From: Candidatus Methylacidiphilales bacterium
GTDB lineage: Bacteria > Verrucomicrobiota > Verrucomicrobiia > Methylacidiphilales > JBCBYL01
Assembly: GCA_050329585.1 (NCBI GenBank)
Contig: JBHJOR010000032.1
Location: 1,228-65,227, forward strand
Reading direction: 5' to 3'
DNA: 64,000 nucleotides
The notes beneath the pieces are model-generated. The model saw only the letters and a list, made by a program, of their open reading frames with translations. It was not told where the DNA came from and did not search any database. Made by a program: the position numbers and the translations under genes. This document shows positions 1 through 11,826 of this stretch, piece by piece; the stretch's first letter is position 1; every line of letters begins with the position of its first letter.

Positions 1-314
1 GGCAAACCATCCGATCCGAGGGTGGGGGAACCCAGAAATCCCTGCTGCCAAAGCTCATAATTGTTTCCAGTTGATGATATCCAGTTTTCATCCCCGGGAT
101 TGTCAAACTGCGCGTCTGTAAAAAACTGGCCGTCACTGACTCCCGGTGCGGTCACCACCGCGGTTTCAAAGTCTCCCTGGGTAATCAGGTTGGTCAGTTG
201 CGCCTCAAGTGAACCCCGCGCTAGGAACAAGCACGTTATCAGGGCAACCGTGGCAAATGTGCGACGGTTTGGTTCAGGAATTCTGAAAGGAGACTCGGAT
301 GCCCTATTCACCAT
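1..314 (-). CDS. Secreted hypothetical protein, N-terminal fragment (continues past the window start)
   Basis: My reverse-strand translation from ATG at 314 gives MVNRASESPFRIPEPNRRTFATVALITCLFLARGSLEAQLTNLITQGDFE..., signal-peptide-like, open to position 1. The listed + ORF 61..327 is its shadow. Confidence 0.45.
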   Translation of the reverse strand, partial: MVNRASESPFRIPEPNRRTFATVALITCLFLARGSLEAQLTNLITQGDFETAVVTAPGVSDGQFFTDAQFDNPGDENWISSTGNNYELWQQGFLGSPTLGSDGL

Positions 315-399
315 GGATCTAGTTTAATTCCAATTGCTCAACTTGGCAATCTGTAAACCAGACACCGCGAGTGGTATGCCAAAGCCCTGACAGCGCCTC

Positions 400-807
400 T
401 TAAACCCGTTTGCGGCGTTTGAGATTGAGTTGGGCCAGAGATTTGGAAATGGATGCCATCAGAGCGGCGGCTTCTTCGGAGCCTGCTTCCTTGTCGGCCA
501 AGGCTTGTTGTGCTCGCTGGAGTGCTTCTTCAACATGGCCTTCATCGATTTCACTTTCCTGCAACGCCATGTCGGTCAGCACCGTGACTTTGGTGCCCGT
601 TACTTCGATAAAACCTTCCCCCACCGCGAGGTGATGGATTTGTCCACCCTGCAGCACCCGGAGTTCTCCAGGTTGGGTGGTGGTCATCAGGGGAACGTGG
701 CCGGACAGGATGCCCAGTTCACCTTCGGCTCCCGGTAACACCACTGAGTCCACTGTTTCGGAGTAAGCCAGCCGCTCGGGGGTGATGATTTCAAGTTGAA
801 GTGCCAT
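400..807 (-). CDS. atpC: F1Fo ATP synthase subunit epsilon
   Basis: 135 aa; LEIITPE...VVLPGAEGELGILSGHVPL is typical of F1 epsilon; sits directly after atpD as the last operon gene. Confidence 0.9.
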   Translation of the reverse strand: MALQLEIITPERLAYSETVDSVVLPGAEGELGILSGHVPLMTTTQPGELRVLQGGQIHHLAVGEGFIEVTGTKVTVLTDMALQESEIDEGHVEEALQRAQQALADKEAGSEEAAALMASISKSLAQLNLKRRKRV

Positions 808-844
808 GTCTGCAATCCGGGTTGGGGAATGATGGGCGCGCGGC

Positions 845-2287
<1,443 letters not shown>

Positions 2288-3184
2288 TTACTGCATGGCC
2301 AACTGTGCGGCCGAGATTTCCAAAATCTCGTTGGTGATCGCCGCCTGTCGGGCTTTGTTATATTCCAGAGTAAGATCGGATACCAGCGACTTGGCATTTT
2401 CTGTGGCATTTTTCATGGCCACCATACGCGCGCTGTGTTCGGAAGCTTGGGCCTCGAGAAGAAGGTGATACACTTGGAAGTGAACAAAAGCCGGAAACAG
2501 GTCATCCAAGACGTGCCGCGCCGACGGTTCGTAGAGGTAGTCCAAGTGTGCGGTGAGATCCTTGGCTTGGTGACTGGCCTGCTCTTCGGCTCCATCAGCA
2601 CCCATGCCCGCTTTGAACCCAAGCTCCCGGATAGGCAACAGGGGCACTTCGAGGGGACGCTGCACCAAGGTGTTGACGAACTGGCTGTAGAGAACCGATA
2701 CCGTACCAATCACACCAGCCGTGAATTGTTCGATTAAAAACTTGGAAACGGATTTGCTCTGGATGAAGGTAGGCTTCTCACGCAGAGGGAAATCAGCCAG
2801 TAGATCACGTCCGGTCTTGACCAACAACTGGCGGGCACGGCGGCCAATGCTTACGAAAACCGTATCGGAAGGCATTTTGTGGATTTCCCGGAAGAGGTTG
2901 GTGTTGAGACCTCCGCACAGTCCTTTGTCGGTGCTGAGCACCAAGACACAGGGCTTGGCATTGGCACCGGCAGAATCTTTCCAGAGGGGATGCTGAATGT
3001 CCTCGGCCCGGTAGGCCAGCGACGCGAGCACACGGTTCATGCCGTCGGCATAGGGTCTTCCCCGCAGAGCCGCCACCTGGGCATTGCGCATTTTCGACGC
3101 CGCCACCATCTGCATCGCTTTGGTGATCTGCGAGGTGTTTTTGACCGACTTGATGCGTCGGCGGATGTCTCTCGTGCTGGGCAT
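2288..3184 (-). CDS. atpG: F1Fo ATP synthase subunit gamma
   Basis: 298 aa; N-terminal IRRRIKSVKNTSQITKAMQMVAASK and C-terminal ITNEILEI motifs; lies between atpA and atpD. Confidence 0.95.
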   Translation of the reverse strand: MPSTRDIRRRIKSVKNTSQITKAMQMVAASKMRNAQVAALRGRPYADGMNRVLASLAYRAEDIQHPLWKDSAGANAKPCVLVLSTDKGLCGGLNTNLFREIHKMPSDTVFVSIGRRARQLLVKTGRDLLADFPLREKPTFIQSKSVSKFLIEQFTAGVIGTVSVLYSQFVNTLVQRPLEVPLLPIRELGFKAGMGADGAEEQASHQAKDLTAHLDYLYEPSARHVLDDLFPAFVHFQVYHLLLEAQASEHSARMVAMKNATENAKSLVSDLTLEYNKARQAAITNEILEISAAQLAMQ

Positions 3185-3206
3185 GGCTTAAGGAGATACG
3201 TCTGGG

Positions 3207-4745
3207 TTATTTGCGGGTGGCTTTGAATTCTTCCAAGGTGGACTTGAGTTGTTCTATCAAGGTAGTATCCAGTGCTTTTTTGTCAGCGATCTCTTTCATT
3301 ATGGCTTCTTTACGGTTGGCCATATATTCCATTAATGCGGCTTGGAATTCTTTGACTTCGGCGACGGGAACATCGTCAAAATGCCCGTTCTGGACCGACC
3401 ACATCACCACCACTTGCTGTTCCAGAGAGATGGGATGGTACTGCTGTTGTTTAAAGACTTCAACGATGCGGGCTCCACGATCCAGTCGTGCCTTGGTGGT
3501 GGCGTCCAGATCCGAAGCAAACTGAGCGAAGGCTTGTAGCTCACGATATTGGGCAAGCTCCAGCTTGACTTTTCCGGCGACGGATTTGATGGCTTTGGTC
3601 TGGGCTGAAGAACCCACGCGGGAGACGGAGATACCCACGTTGATGGCAGGGCGTATTCCCTGATAGAACAGATCACCCTCAAGGAAAATCTGACCGTCGG
3701 TAATGGAGATCACGTTGGTCGGGATGTAGGCCGACACGTCACCTGCCTGGGTTTCAATGATGGGCAGGGCCGTAAGCGAACCCCCACCGGCTTCCGGACT
3801 CAACCGTGCGGCGCGTTCCAGCAGGCGGGAATGCAAGTAGAAGACGTCGCCCGGATACGCTTCCCGTCCGGAGGGGCGCTTGAGCACCAACGAAATCTGG
3901 CGGTAAGCGGCAGCATGCTTGGAGAGATCGTCATAAACGATGAGTGCATCCATCCCGTTCTGCATGAAATATTCTCCCATCGCCGCTCCGGCAAACGGAG
4001 CAAGATATTGGCTGGTGGCGGAGTCCGATGCCGTGGCGGCAACGACCGTTGTGTATTCCATGGCGCCACTTTCCTCAAGGGTGGCCACGATGTTAGCCAA
4101 ATTGGCGCGTTTTTGACCAATGACCACAAAGATGGAATAGAGCGGGCGAAATTCCGGATCACCCGAGGCCAAGCCAACCCGGTTGAGTTTGGCTTGATTG
4201 ATAATGGTATCAATGGCCACCGTGGTTTTGCCTGTGGAACGATCTCCGATAATCAATTCACGCTGACCGCGTCCGATAGGAATCATAGCGTCGATAGCCA
4301 TGATACCGGTTTGCACCGGCTGGTTGACTGATTTCCGGGCGATGATGCCCGGAGCGAGCTTTTCTACTGGATTATAGGTGTCGGTTCGGATAGGGCCTTT
4401 TTCGTCAATCGGATTTCCCAATGTGTCCACCACCCGGCCGAGCAACGCCTTGCCGACGGGAACCTGCAGGAGTTTACCGGTAGCCTTAACTTCATCGCCT
4501 TCTTTAATACGGTTGAACTCGCCGAGAACGATGGCACCGACTTCAGTTTCTTCCAAGTTGAGAGCCAGCCCCATGGCACCATTGGAGAACTCAATCATCT
4601 CATTGTAGGCTATTTCGCTTAGGCCTTCAATTTTGGCCACTCCGTCACTGATCTCGCGGACGGTGCCCACGTTGGTTTGGGTGACGCTGGTTTTGAGTCC
4701 TTTAATGGACGCTTCGATTTCTTCCAATACATTGGCGTTGCTCAT
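3207..4745 (-). CDS. atpA: F1Fo ATP synthase subunit alpha
   Basis: 512 aa; Walker A GDRSTGKT, full-length alpha-subunit similarity. Confidence 0.98.
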   Translation of the reverse strand: MSNANVLEEIEASIKGLKTSVTQTNVGTVREISDGVAKIEGLSEIAYNEMIEFSNGAMGLALNLEETEVGAIVLGEFNRIKEGDEVKATGKLLQVPVGKALLGRVVDTLGNPIDEKGPIRTDTYNPVEKLAPGIIARKSVNQPVQTGIMAIDAMIPIGRGQRELIIGDRSTGKTTVAIDTIINQAKLNRVGLASGDPEFRPLYSIFVVIGQKRANLANIVATLEESGAMEYTTVVAATASDSATSQYLAPFAGAAMGEYFMQNGMDALIVYDDLSKHAAAYRQISLVLKRPSGREAYPGDVFYLHSRLLERAARLSPEAGGGSLTALPIIETQAGDVSAYIPTNVISITDGQIFLEGDLFYQGIRPAINVGISVSRVGSSAQTKAIKSVAGKVKLELAQYRELQAFAQFASDLDATTKARLDRGARIVEVFKQQQYHPISLEQQVVVMWSVQNGHFDDVPVAEVKEFQAALMEYMANRKEAIMKEIADKKALDTTLIEQLKSTLEEFKATRK

Positions 4746-4768
4746 GATATTTCCTGTTGATGTGCGGT

Positions 4769-5167
4769 TTAGTTAAATTGTTTACGCAGGGCGTCTAAGC
4801 GACCATGCACGGTTCCATCCCAGACGGAACTTCCGTGCTGGATTCTAATTCCCGCCAGCAGTTCGGGTTGGACCTCAAAAATCACTTCTCCCGAAGCACC
4901 GAAGGCCGTGGCCAGTCGCGCACGGATGGTGTCCTGGGTGGCTTGATCTAGCGGGGCAGCGGTTTTCACGCGAGTGGTGTGGGCATCGCATTCAAGCTTC
5001 ACCAGCTTCTGGAAACGAGTGAGGATGCCGACGGCATTACGCGGGGGGTTCTTTTCAACCCAACGAAGAACTTCCCGCACCCGCGTGATGTCCACCCCGC
5101 CGGTTTCGCGTTTGCAGACGGCAAACAGCTTCCGGGCTTTGGTGCGCGCGTGACGATTGATTTTCAT
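4769..5167 (-). CDS. atpH: F1Fo ATP synthase subunit delta (OSCP), unusually short
   Basis: 132 aa between atpF and atpA; C-terminal [29 protein letters not shown] resembles the delta C-terminus; N-terminal domain shortened. Confidence 0.7.
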   Translation of the reverse strand: MKINRHARTKARKLFAVCKRETGGVDITRVREVLRWVEKNPPRNAVGILTRFQKLVKLECDAHTTRVKTAAPLDQATQDTIRARLATAFGASGEVIFEVQPELLAGIRIQHGSSVWDGTVHGRLDALRKQFN

Positions 5168-5199
5168 GGGATAATGAAGAAAGGTTTTGAAATGAGGAA

Positions 5200-5748
5200 T
5201 TAGGCGAGTTGACCCATGGCCTCATCCTGGAGGCGTTTCTGGTCTTCGGGGGTCAGCGTTTTGCCCACTACTTTGGCGGTGGTTTCGACCACCAAGCGTC
5301 CCATTTCGGAACGGAGCTGGTTCATCAATTGATCGCGATCACGCTCGGCCGCTTCGCGGGCTTTGGTCAGAACTGATTCTGCTTGAGCAGTGGCCTCCTG
5401 GATTTTGCGCCCTCCGATGGCGTCGGCGCTGGCCCTCGCTTCTTCGATCATCCGAGTGGCTTCGGCGTTGGCTTGTTTGATGAGTTCCGCGCGTTTGATT
5501 TCGGCGTCCGCCAGTTCCTGTTTGATTTTTTCCGCGTTGGCCAGACTTTCCTCAATCCGGCGTTTACGATCATCCAAGACGGCCAGAATGGGAGCAAAAG
5601 CGAATTTTTTGAGGGCTAGAAAAAGGATCACAAAAATGATCAACTGAGCGATCAATTTGGTTCCGTCCAAACCAAAGGTTTGGGCTTTGCCGGTGAGATC
5701 TTCCAGCGATGCAGCCCACAGTAGGCATCCGTTGATGAACATATTCAT
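5200..5748 (-). CDS. atpF: F1Fo ATP synthase subunit b
   Basis: 182 aa; one N-terminal TM helix, then a long charged Ala/Glu/Lys/Arg-rich helix; operon position. Confidence 0.8.
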   Translation of the reverse strand: MNMFINGCLLWAASLEDLTGKAQTFGLDGTKLIAQLIIFVILFLALKKFAFAPILAVLDDRKRRIEESLANAEKIKQELADAEIKRAELIKQANAEATRMIEEARASADAIGGRKIQEATAQAESVLTKAREAAERDRDQLMNQLRSEMGRLVVETTAKVVGKTLTPEDQKRLQDEAMGQLA

Positions 5749-5818
5749 GAGTGGTGGTATTGATTTTTTAAAAATGTCCGGGGGATTTAAACCTCCCCCG
5801 GAAGGTTTGCCTTCTTAC

Positions 5819-6049
5819 TCAGACGAGGAAGATGGCGTAGAAGACGATGGCTTCCGCCAAGGCCATACCGATGATACCGATGGTCAGGATTTGACCGAAG
5901 GCTCCGGGGTTGCGTCCCACAGCTTCAGCGGATTTGGATCCGATCCAACCCACCGCGAAGGCGGAGGCCAGAGCGGCGATCGCCACGGTCCAGTTGGCTT
6001 TGACAGCGACTTCGGCGTTTTCAACGGCGAATGACAGCATTTCAATCAT
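5819..6049 (-). CDS. atpE: F1Fo ATP synthase subunit c
   Basis: 76 aa hairpin proteolipid; polar RNPG loop, carboxylate in MALAEAIVFYA. Confidence 0.85.
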   Translation of the reverse strand: MIEMLSFAVENAEVAVKANWTVAIAALASAFAVGWIGSKSAEAVGRNPGAFGQILTIGIIGMALAEAIVFYAIFLV

Positions 6050-6146
6050 AGTTTTCCTTTTTTTGGTTTTATTTCAATGCCACAGCCCACATTCATAGAC
6101 ATGGTCACCATGGCAAATTCCGTAAATTCTTAGTTTTTAGTGAGTC

Positions 6147-6989
6147 TTAATGCCCCTCCTCATGGGATGCTGAAAGCTGCACATACACCGCACACAACAT
6201 CGTGAAAACCAGTGCCTGAAGCAGTCCTATCAGCAATTCCAAACCGTAAAAGGGAACCGATGCCGCGATGGAAATGACCTGAGCGGCTATTCCCTCAAAC
6301 TGCATGCTGTTACCAAGATCGCCCATGGCATGCACCAGATTCTTACCACCAAAAATATTTCCGTAGAGACGAAGGGGAAGCGAAACCGCCCGAAGACCAA
6401 TGGACACGACTTCGATCACCCCAACGAAGAGAAAAATTGGTATCAGACAGAAATACAACAATCCTTGAACACCTTTTGGCAGAAAGGTGTGCTTCAAAAA
6501 CCCGCCCACACCCACCTCTTGAATCGTCCACACCAGCCAGACCACCATGAACAACAGAGCCAAGGCCAGTGTCATGTTCAAATCCGCATTGGCAGGGCGA
6601 AAAAAAGGTGTGGTAACCACAAAGCCACTATCCGTCTGAACCCCCAACCCCACCGTTCCCACACCCGGCAGCAGTGCCGACCAGTTAGCCGCTAAAATAA
6701 ATACAAAAAGGGAAGCCAACAGAGGAAATGTCTTTTTCACCAGCCCGTGGCCAACGATACCACCAATAAAATCGTATAAAAACTCCACCACCCATTCACA
6801 AAAATTCTGAAAGCCCGTAGGAACCAGTTTGACTGACCTCAACCCTAGCTGCACCGCAGCAATCAATACCACCACCACCACCACTGCATAGAGCATCGAG
6901 TTGTTGAACCATCCAAACAATTCTTCGGAGTAGGGATTTACTTTGGCAAATATCATGCGTTTGAGCGGGCTAGTTAGCCCATGCCACAA
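6147..6989 (-). CDS. atpB: F1Fo ATP synthase subunit a
   Basis: 280 aa polytopic membrane protein; conserved Arg context SLPLRLYGNIFGG; first gene of the operon. The start may be the internal Met (MIFAKV). Confidence 0.85.
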   Translation of the reverse strand: MWHGLTSPLKRMIFAKVNPYSEELFGWFNNSMLYAVVVVVVLIAAVQLGLRSVKLVPTGFQNFCEWVVEFLYDFIGGIVGHGLVKKTFPLLASLFVFILAANWSALLPGVGTVGLGVQTDSGFVVTTPFFRPANADLNMTLALALLFMVVWLVWTIQEVGVGGFLKHTFLPKGVQGLLYFCLIPIFLFVGVIEVVSIGLRAVSLPLRLYGNIFGGKNLVHAMGDLGNSMQFEGIAAQVISIAASVPFYGLELLIGLLQALVFTMLCAVYVQLSASHEEGH

Positions 6990-7128
6990 ATTGATAGCAA
7001 GAAAAAGTTAGTCTAATATCTGTTAAATTCCGATGATATTAGGGTTATTAACGCCCGTATTAGATAACCTGTTGACGCGCTAAGGTGCTTGAACCCCGAA
7101 TTCACCTGCTATTCTCGCGTCCAATTTT

Positions 7129-7374
7129 TTATTGTAGCTCGTATTCGCCTCGTCCGACTTTTTTATAGACCTTGAATCCCTGCTCCCGCGCTTCAGCAGG
7201 CCCTACCGGGCGGGTCAGATGCGGGGCATGAAAGCCGCCAAAACACTTGCGCACCGGTTTTTTACACACCGGGCAGGCTTGCAACGCCGGGCGGCTCACC
7301 GGACGCATCAATTCAAACTTACCACCGCAGATTTTGCAGTCGCCCTCGCAAAGTTCGTATTGATAAAGCGGCAT
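7129..7374 (-). CDS. FmdB-family zinc-ribbon protein
   Basis: 81 aa; MPLYQYEL start, CxxC...CPxC pairs (CKIC, CPVC) typical of the FmdB/CxxC_CxxC_SSSS family. Confidence 0.75.
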   Translation of the reverse strand: MPLYQYELCEGDCKICGGKFELMRPVSRPALQACPVCKKPVRKCFGGFHAPHLTRPVGPAEAREQGFKVYKKVGRGEYELQ

Positions 7375-7397
7375 GGGTAATAAAAGGCAAAAGAGGT

Positions 7398-8195
7398 CTA
7401 AAAGACACTCCTGATGATGCGATCTGTAATGGAGCGCTCCGGGATATCCAGCCCAGACCAGAAGCTCAACGCCTCGGGCCAGATACGATCGTTGATGGTT
7501 CTACGAAATGTTTTCGGGTCATCATACAACACCTCAGGCATCCTGATGATTCGCATTAAATGGGGACTGGATTCTGAGTCGCTGTCGTTTTGATGAGAAT
7601 CGGACGCCGAAGTGACCTTTTCCGATGAAATAAAAACCTGCACTGGAATGCCCATTTCCCGCACCAATATCTGAGCGGGAATCACGTCTGGATCCAAAAA
7701 CGTCACGCCCGAAACCCTTTTGTTTTTACGAACCACCGCGATAGCTGCGCGTGCGTTTTCTCCCACCGACAAGATGACCACTTTTTGCATTTGAAAGCGC
7801 GGACTTAAATTAAAGAAGCGCACCCCGGTTTCTATGGCATCCTGTAGTGACTGGGGGGATGTCCCCTCCATACACTGACGGGCCTCTTCTTCATTGGAGG
7901 GCACGCGACCGTTAAACAAGTCCACCGCCAGGGACAACACACCTTCTGCTGCCAGTCGGTCACAGAGCAGGCGCACCGATGGATCGAGCCCGTGACGGCC
8001 ATGCACGACCACCAACCCGGCCACCGGCGCGGTCTTCGGAATAGAGAGATAGCCCACCTCATCGGTGCCAAAATCTCTCAGAAAAATCAGCTCCCCTTCA
8101 TACTTCGGCGGCACCAGAGGCTCTGCCGATACCCTCATCGTTATGGCCAGCATCAGCCCGGCCCCCATCAACAAACAGCCCGAAATTCGCATCAT
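7398..8195 (-). CDS. Secreted dienelactone-hydrolase-like alpha/beta-fold protein, probably non-catalytic
   Basis: Signal peptide, then GLVVVHGRHGLDPSVRLLCDRLAAEGVLSLAVDLF resembling the DLH family. No G-x-[SC]-x-G nucleophile elbow seen (ILSVGENARA). Its ATG overlaps the trpG stop (TGATG). Confidence 0.5.
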   Translation of the reverse strand: MMRISGCLLMGAGLMLAITMRVSAEPLVPPKYEGELIFLRDFGTDEVGYLSIPKTAPVAGLVVVHGRHGLDPSVRLLCDRLAAEGVLSLAVDLFNGRVPSNEEEARQCMEGTSPQSLQDAIETGVRFFNLSPRFQMQKVVILSVGENARAAIAVVRKNKRVSGVTFLDPDVIPAQILVREMGIPVQVFISSEKVTSASDSHQNDSDSESSPHLMRIIRMPEVLYDDPKTFRRTINDRIWPEALSFWSGLDIPERSITDRIIRSVF

Positions 8196-8764
8196 CAAAG
8201 CTCCAGAAAATTTTTAAGCAACTGGCGTCCCTCGCGTGAGAGGATGGATTCAGGATGAAATTGAACCCCATGAATCGGGTATTCCCGATGGCGCACTCCC
8301 ATAATTTCACCTTCGGCGGTTTCTGCGGTGATTTCCAGAACGTCCGGCATGGCCTCGCGCTTGGCAATCAGCGAATGGTAACGGGTTGCCTCAAAGGGCT
8401 GGGGCAGACCCCTGAAAACGCCCTTGCCATCATGTAGAATGGGTGATGTTTTCCCGTGCATGAGCCGCGGTGCACGGACGATTTCACCACCAAAAACCTG
8501 ACATATGCACTGATGACCCAGACATACGCCCAACACCGGCGTTGTTGTTCCCAGTCGTTGGATCACTTCGTTGGAAATACCACCATCATCCGGAGTGCCC
8601 GGTCCCGGTGAGATGACGATTTGTCCGGGTTGCATCGCCTGAAGTTGATCCAAACTGATTTCATCATTGCGGAAAACCAGTGGATCAGCTCCTAATTCAC
8701 CAAAATACTGCACTAGATTGTAAGTGAATGAATCGTAATTATCGATGACCACCAGCGGCTTCAT
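8195..8764 (-). CDS. trpG: Anthranilate synthase component II / glutamine amidotransferase
   Basis: MKPLVVIDNYDSFTYNLVQY, GVCLGHQ catalytic Cys, HPES; its ATG at 8764 overlaps the trpE stop (ATGA). Confidence 0.9.
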   Translation of the reverse strand: MKPLVVIDNYDSFTYNLVQYFGELGADPLVFRNDEISLDQLQAMQPGQIVISPGPGTPDDGGISNEVIQRLGTTTPVLGVCLGHQCICQVFGGEIVRAPRLMHGKTSPILHDGKGVFRGLPQPFEATRYHSLIAKREAMPDVLEITAETAEGEIMGVRHREYPIHGVQFHPESILSREGRQLLKNFLEL

Positions 8765-10305
8765 GATTGATCTCCTTCTTCGCAAGGCGGATGAAAACAC
8801 CGGGCCAGCGCAATGGCTTTCATGGCGGCCTTAGCCTTATTGAGACTTTCTTGATATTCCCCTTCAGGAGTGGAATCCGCCACCAAACCGCCGCCCGCTT
8901 GCACATAGGCCGTGCCGTTTTTTAGCAACACGGTGCGGATGGCGATGCAGGAATCCAGATTCCCGGAAAAGGCAAAATATCCCACCGCGCCGGAGTAAAC
9001 ACCCCGACAGGTCGGCTCCCCCTCGGTGATGATTTGCATGGCCCGAACCTTAGGCGCACCGCTCACCGTGCCCGCCGGGAAGGTGGCGCGCAGCACATCA
9101 TAACAATCGTGCTGAGGCTTCAAACGCCCCGTCACATGGGAGACAATGTGCATGACATGAGAGTAGCGTTCGATGGTCATAAAATCTGTCACTTCCACAC
9201 TATCGTAAAGGCAGACCCTGCCCAGATCGTTCCGCCCCAAATCCACCAACATCACATGCTCGGCCCTCTCTTTAGGATCAGAAAGTAAATCGTGCTCCAT
9301 GGCTAGATCCTCTTCCGGCGACTCGCGCCTCGGCCGGGTGCCGGCGATAGGATGGACTTCCACCAAGCCATTCTCACAACGCACATGGGTCTCAGGAGAA
9401 GATCCCACCACCGCCAGATCGCCAAACTTCAGGCAAAACATGTATGGCGAAGGGTTGATGAATCGCAGGGCCCGGTAAAGATCGATGGCCGCACGATCGT
9501 AAGCAGTCTCAAAACGCTGTGAGGGCACCACTTGGAAAATATCTCCGGCGCGAATGTATTCCTGCATCCTCTCGGTCATGGCCACATATTCCTGCTTGGT
9601 CATGTTGGCCGTGGTTTCAGGCTCCTCCGTTTTTTCATCGGGATGGAGCACCCGGGTGATTTCACTCTGAACCGGGCGGGACAATAAGTGTTCTAATTCG
9701 GAGATGCGCTTAACGGCCAACCGGTAAGCCTCATCCTCGTCCCCGTGGACATGGGCATGGGCCACAATTTTGATCCGCCGGGTGAGGTGATCAAAAATCA
9801 AAAGACTGTCACTGATGATGAAATAGGCGTCCGGCACTTCCAAGTCATCCGTCTTGGCCCGACCCACCCTTGGCTCAAAAAAACGAACACTCTCAAAACT
9901 CAGAAAACCTACCGCCCCGCCCGCAAAAATGGGTAACCCGGGAGTTTCCACCGGTCGGTAGGAACTCATGATTTTTTTCAATTCTTCCAAAGGATCGGTT
10001 TCGATGCGATACACCCGACGCTTCACCTCCCCACGAAATGAATCCGGCATCTCCGTCAGCTCCACCTCAGAGTCACGGCACTTGAAAATCAAATGAGGAT
10101 TACCCCCCACAAAGGAGTAGCGACCAAACCGCTCCCCCTTTTCGGCCGACTCCAACAAATAACCATGATTCCCCCCACCACCGGCTTCCAGCTTCAGGTA
10201 AGCAGATATAGGCGTTTCGAGATCCGCAATGACTTCCTTATAAACGGCAATCAGGTTCCCCTGCTTGCAGCGTTCCCGGAATTCCTCTGGTGAGGGTGTG
10301 ATCAT
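8761..10305 (-). CDS. trpE: Anthranilate synthase component I
   Basis: 514 aa; chorismate-binding C-terminus (GAVGYF..., IRTVLL, AGGGLVADS), LLESAE motif. Confidence 0.93.
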   Translation of the reverse strand: MITPSPEEFRERCKQGNLIAVYKEVIADLETPISAYLKLEAGGGGNHGYLLESAEKGERFGRYSFVGGNPHLIFKCRDSEVELTEMPDSFRGEVKRRVYRIETDPLEELKKIMSSYRPVETPGLPIFAGGAVGFLSFESVRFFEPRVGRAKTDDLEVPDAYFIISDSLLIFDHLTRRIKIVAHAHVHGDEDEAYRLAVKRISELEHLLSRPVQSEITRVLHPDEKTEEPETTANMTKQEYVAMTERMQEYIRAGDIFQVVPSQRFETAYDRAAIDLYRALRFINPSPYMFCLKFGDLAVVGSSPETHVRCENGLVEVHPIAGTRPRRESPEEDLAMEHDLLSDPKERAEHVMLVDLGRNDLGRVCLYDSVEVTDFMTIERYSHVMHIVSHVTGRLKPQHDCYDVLRATFPAGTVSGAPKVRAMQIITEGEPTCRGVYSGAVGYFAFSGNLDSCIAIRTVLLKNGTAYVQAGGGLVADSTPEGEYQESLNKAKAAMKAIALARCFHPPCEEGDQS

Positions 10306-10320
10306 AAAAACAAAATAGTC

Positions 10321-11085
10321 TCAAACCGCGGGCCGCACCGCAATCCTTCGTTTCTGCAAATGCTCCTTCACTTGCGGAATCGTCAACTCTCCGAAATGAA
10401 AAAGGCTGGCGGCCAGAACGGCCGAAGCTCCGGTTTTTTCAAACACGTCGGAAAAATGATCCAGCGTGCCTGCCCCGCCGCTGGCGATGACCGGGACACC
10501 CACCGCATCCGACACCGCGGCTGTCAGATCGAGATCGTAACCGCTCAACGTGCCGTCCGCATCCATGCTGGTCAGTAAAATCTCCCCCGCTCCCAGATCC
10601 TCGGCCATCCGCACCCACTCCAGCACATCACGCCCCGTCGCCGTGCGTCCTCCATGGGTGAAGACTTCCCAAGATCCATCGCCCCGACGCTTGGCATCCA
10701 CCGCCACCACGATACATTGGCTGCCGAAAGCCGATGCCCCTTCGCGGATCAGTTCGGGACGGTTCACCGCACTGGTATTGATGCTTATTTTATCCGCACC
10801 CGCCCGCAACATCCGCCGCATGTCTGAAACCTCCCGGATGCCCCCACCCACCGTCAGCGGCATGAAAACCGATTCCGCCGTGCGCCGCACCACCTCCACC
10901 ATCGTCTCCCGGTTATCGCTGGAAGCGGTGATATCCAGAAAGACCAGCTCATCCGCCCCTTGGGCATCATAGGCCTGAGCCGCCTCCACCGGATCTCCTG
11001 CATCCCGGATTTCCACAAAACGCACCCCTTTGACCACGCGGCCGCGATCCACATCCAGACAGGGAATAACTCGTTTGGCTAACAT
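10321..11085 (-). CDS. hisF: Imidazole glycerol phosphate synthase cyclase subunit
   Basis: [12 protein letters not shown]..., full-length HisF similarity. The ORF track starts 13 codons earlier; the ATG at 11085 fits family N-termini. Confidence 0.95.
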   Translation of the reverse strand: MLAKRVIPCLDVDRGRVVKGVRFVEIRDAGDPVEAAQAYDAQGADELVFLDITASSDNRETMVEVVRRTAESVFMPLTVGGGIREVSDMRRMLRAGADKISINTSAVNRPELIREGASAFGSQCIVVAVDAKRRGDGSWEVFTHGGRTATGRDVLEWVRMAEDLGAGEILLTSMDADGTLSGYDLDLTAAVSDAVGVPVIASGGAGTLDHFSDVFEKTGASAVLAASLFHFGELTIPQVKEHLQKRRIAVRPAV

Positions 11086-11826
11086 GATGCGATTTACTGT
11101 GATACGTAGAAAGCCCCATCCCATCCAGCATTTTTTCCCTGCAATAGATAAAGAAAGCGGGATCTGCGGTTTTGTCGCAACGTGCGTTTGAGGCAGAGCA
11201 ATGATCCACAGGGGGCTCTGCTCGGAGACGCTTAAGTTCAGACTCCTGATCCATGGGCGTAATCCTTGTGTGTCTGGATCAAACCGCAGAACCGCCGACT
11301 TAACGAAAGTGCTTCCTTGATCCGTTCTTCCACCGACATACCACGCACTCGGCGTATTTCTGCAGCCCGCGAAGCCTCTGCACTGGAACTGCTGCGCTTT
11401 TTAGGAAAAGAGGTGGTAGTGCTTGCATTCATGGATTGATATACTATCAGCAGACTTGGATCAATGCTCCCCGGGAATGTCACATCTTCGCCGGAGAGGT
11501 GGCGCGGCTGGCTCCGCCAACAGGGGCGAATCCAAGCCGTGAAAGCCAATGTTTCTCCGCAGGCATTGACTGATTTTGACGGAAAGACTGCCACTATTCT
11601 TTTAGAGAAATAATGGCCAGTAATGCAGTCCACCGAACACCTGCCCGTCCGGCGGCTGCCGGACTTCCTGCTGCCGCTACGCTCGCAGGCCGCCAGACAT
11701 GGGTCCCACATTAATCATGTATGTAAACGGTCACCCATCAGTTAACTTACACTGTCAAAGAGAGTCATTTGATCATAGGATGACTTTGTTATACACTGCG
11801 GGACGTAACCCGGATTTTAGCAACTT

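Noticed and set aside
61-327. 88-aa plus-strand ORF at the window start
   Set aside because: It is antisense to a more convincing signal-peptide-bearing ORF that runs off the left edge. No recognisable motifs.
11433-11720. Possible structured RNA (RNase P, tmRNA or cobalamin riboswitch)
   Set aside because: I looked for GAGGAAAGUCCGG, for tmRNA 5'/3' ends and for a B12 box. Only loose partial matches turned up (CAGGAAGTCCGG on the minus strand, GGAAAGACTGCC on the plus strand), and no supporting conserved elements.
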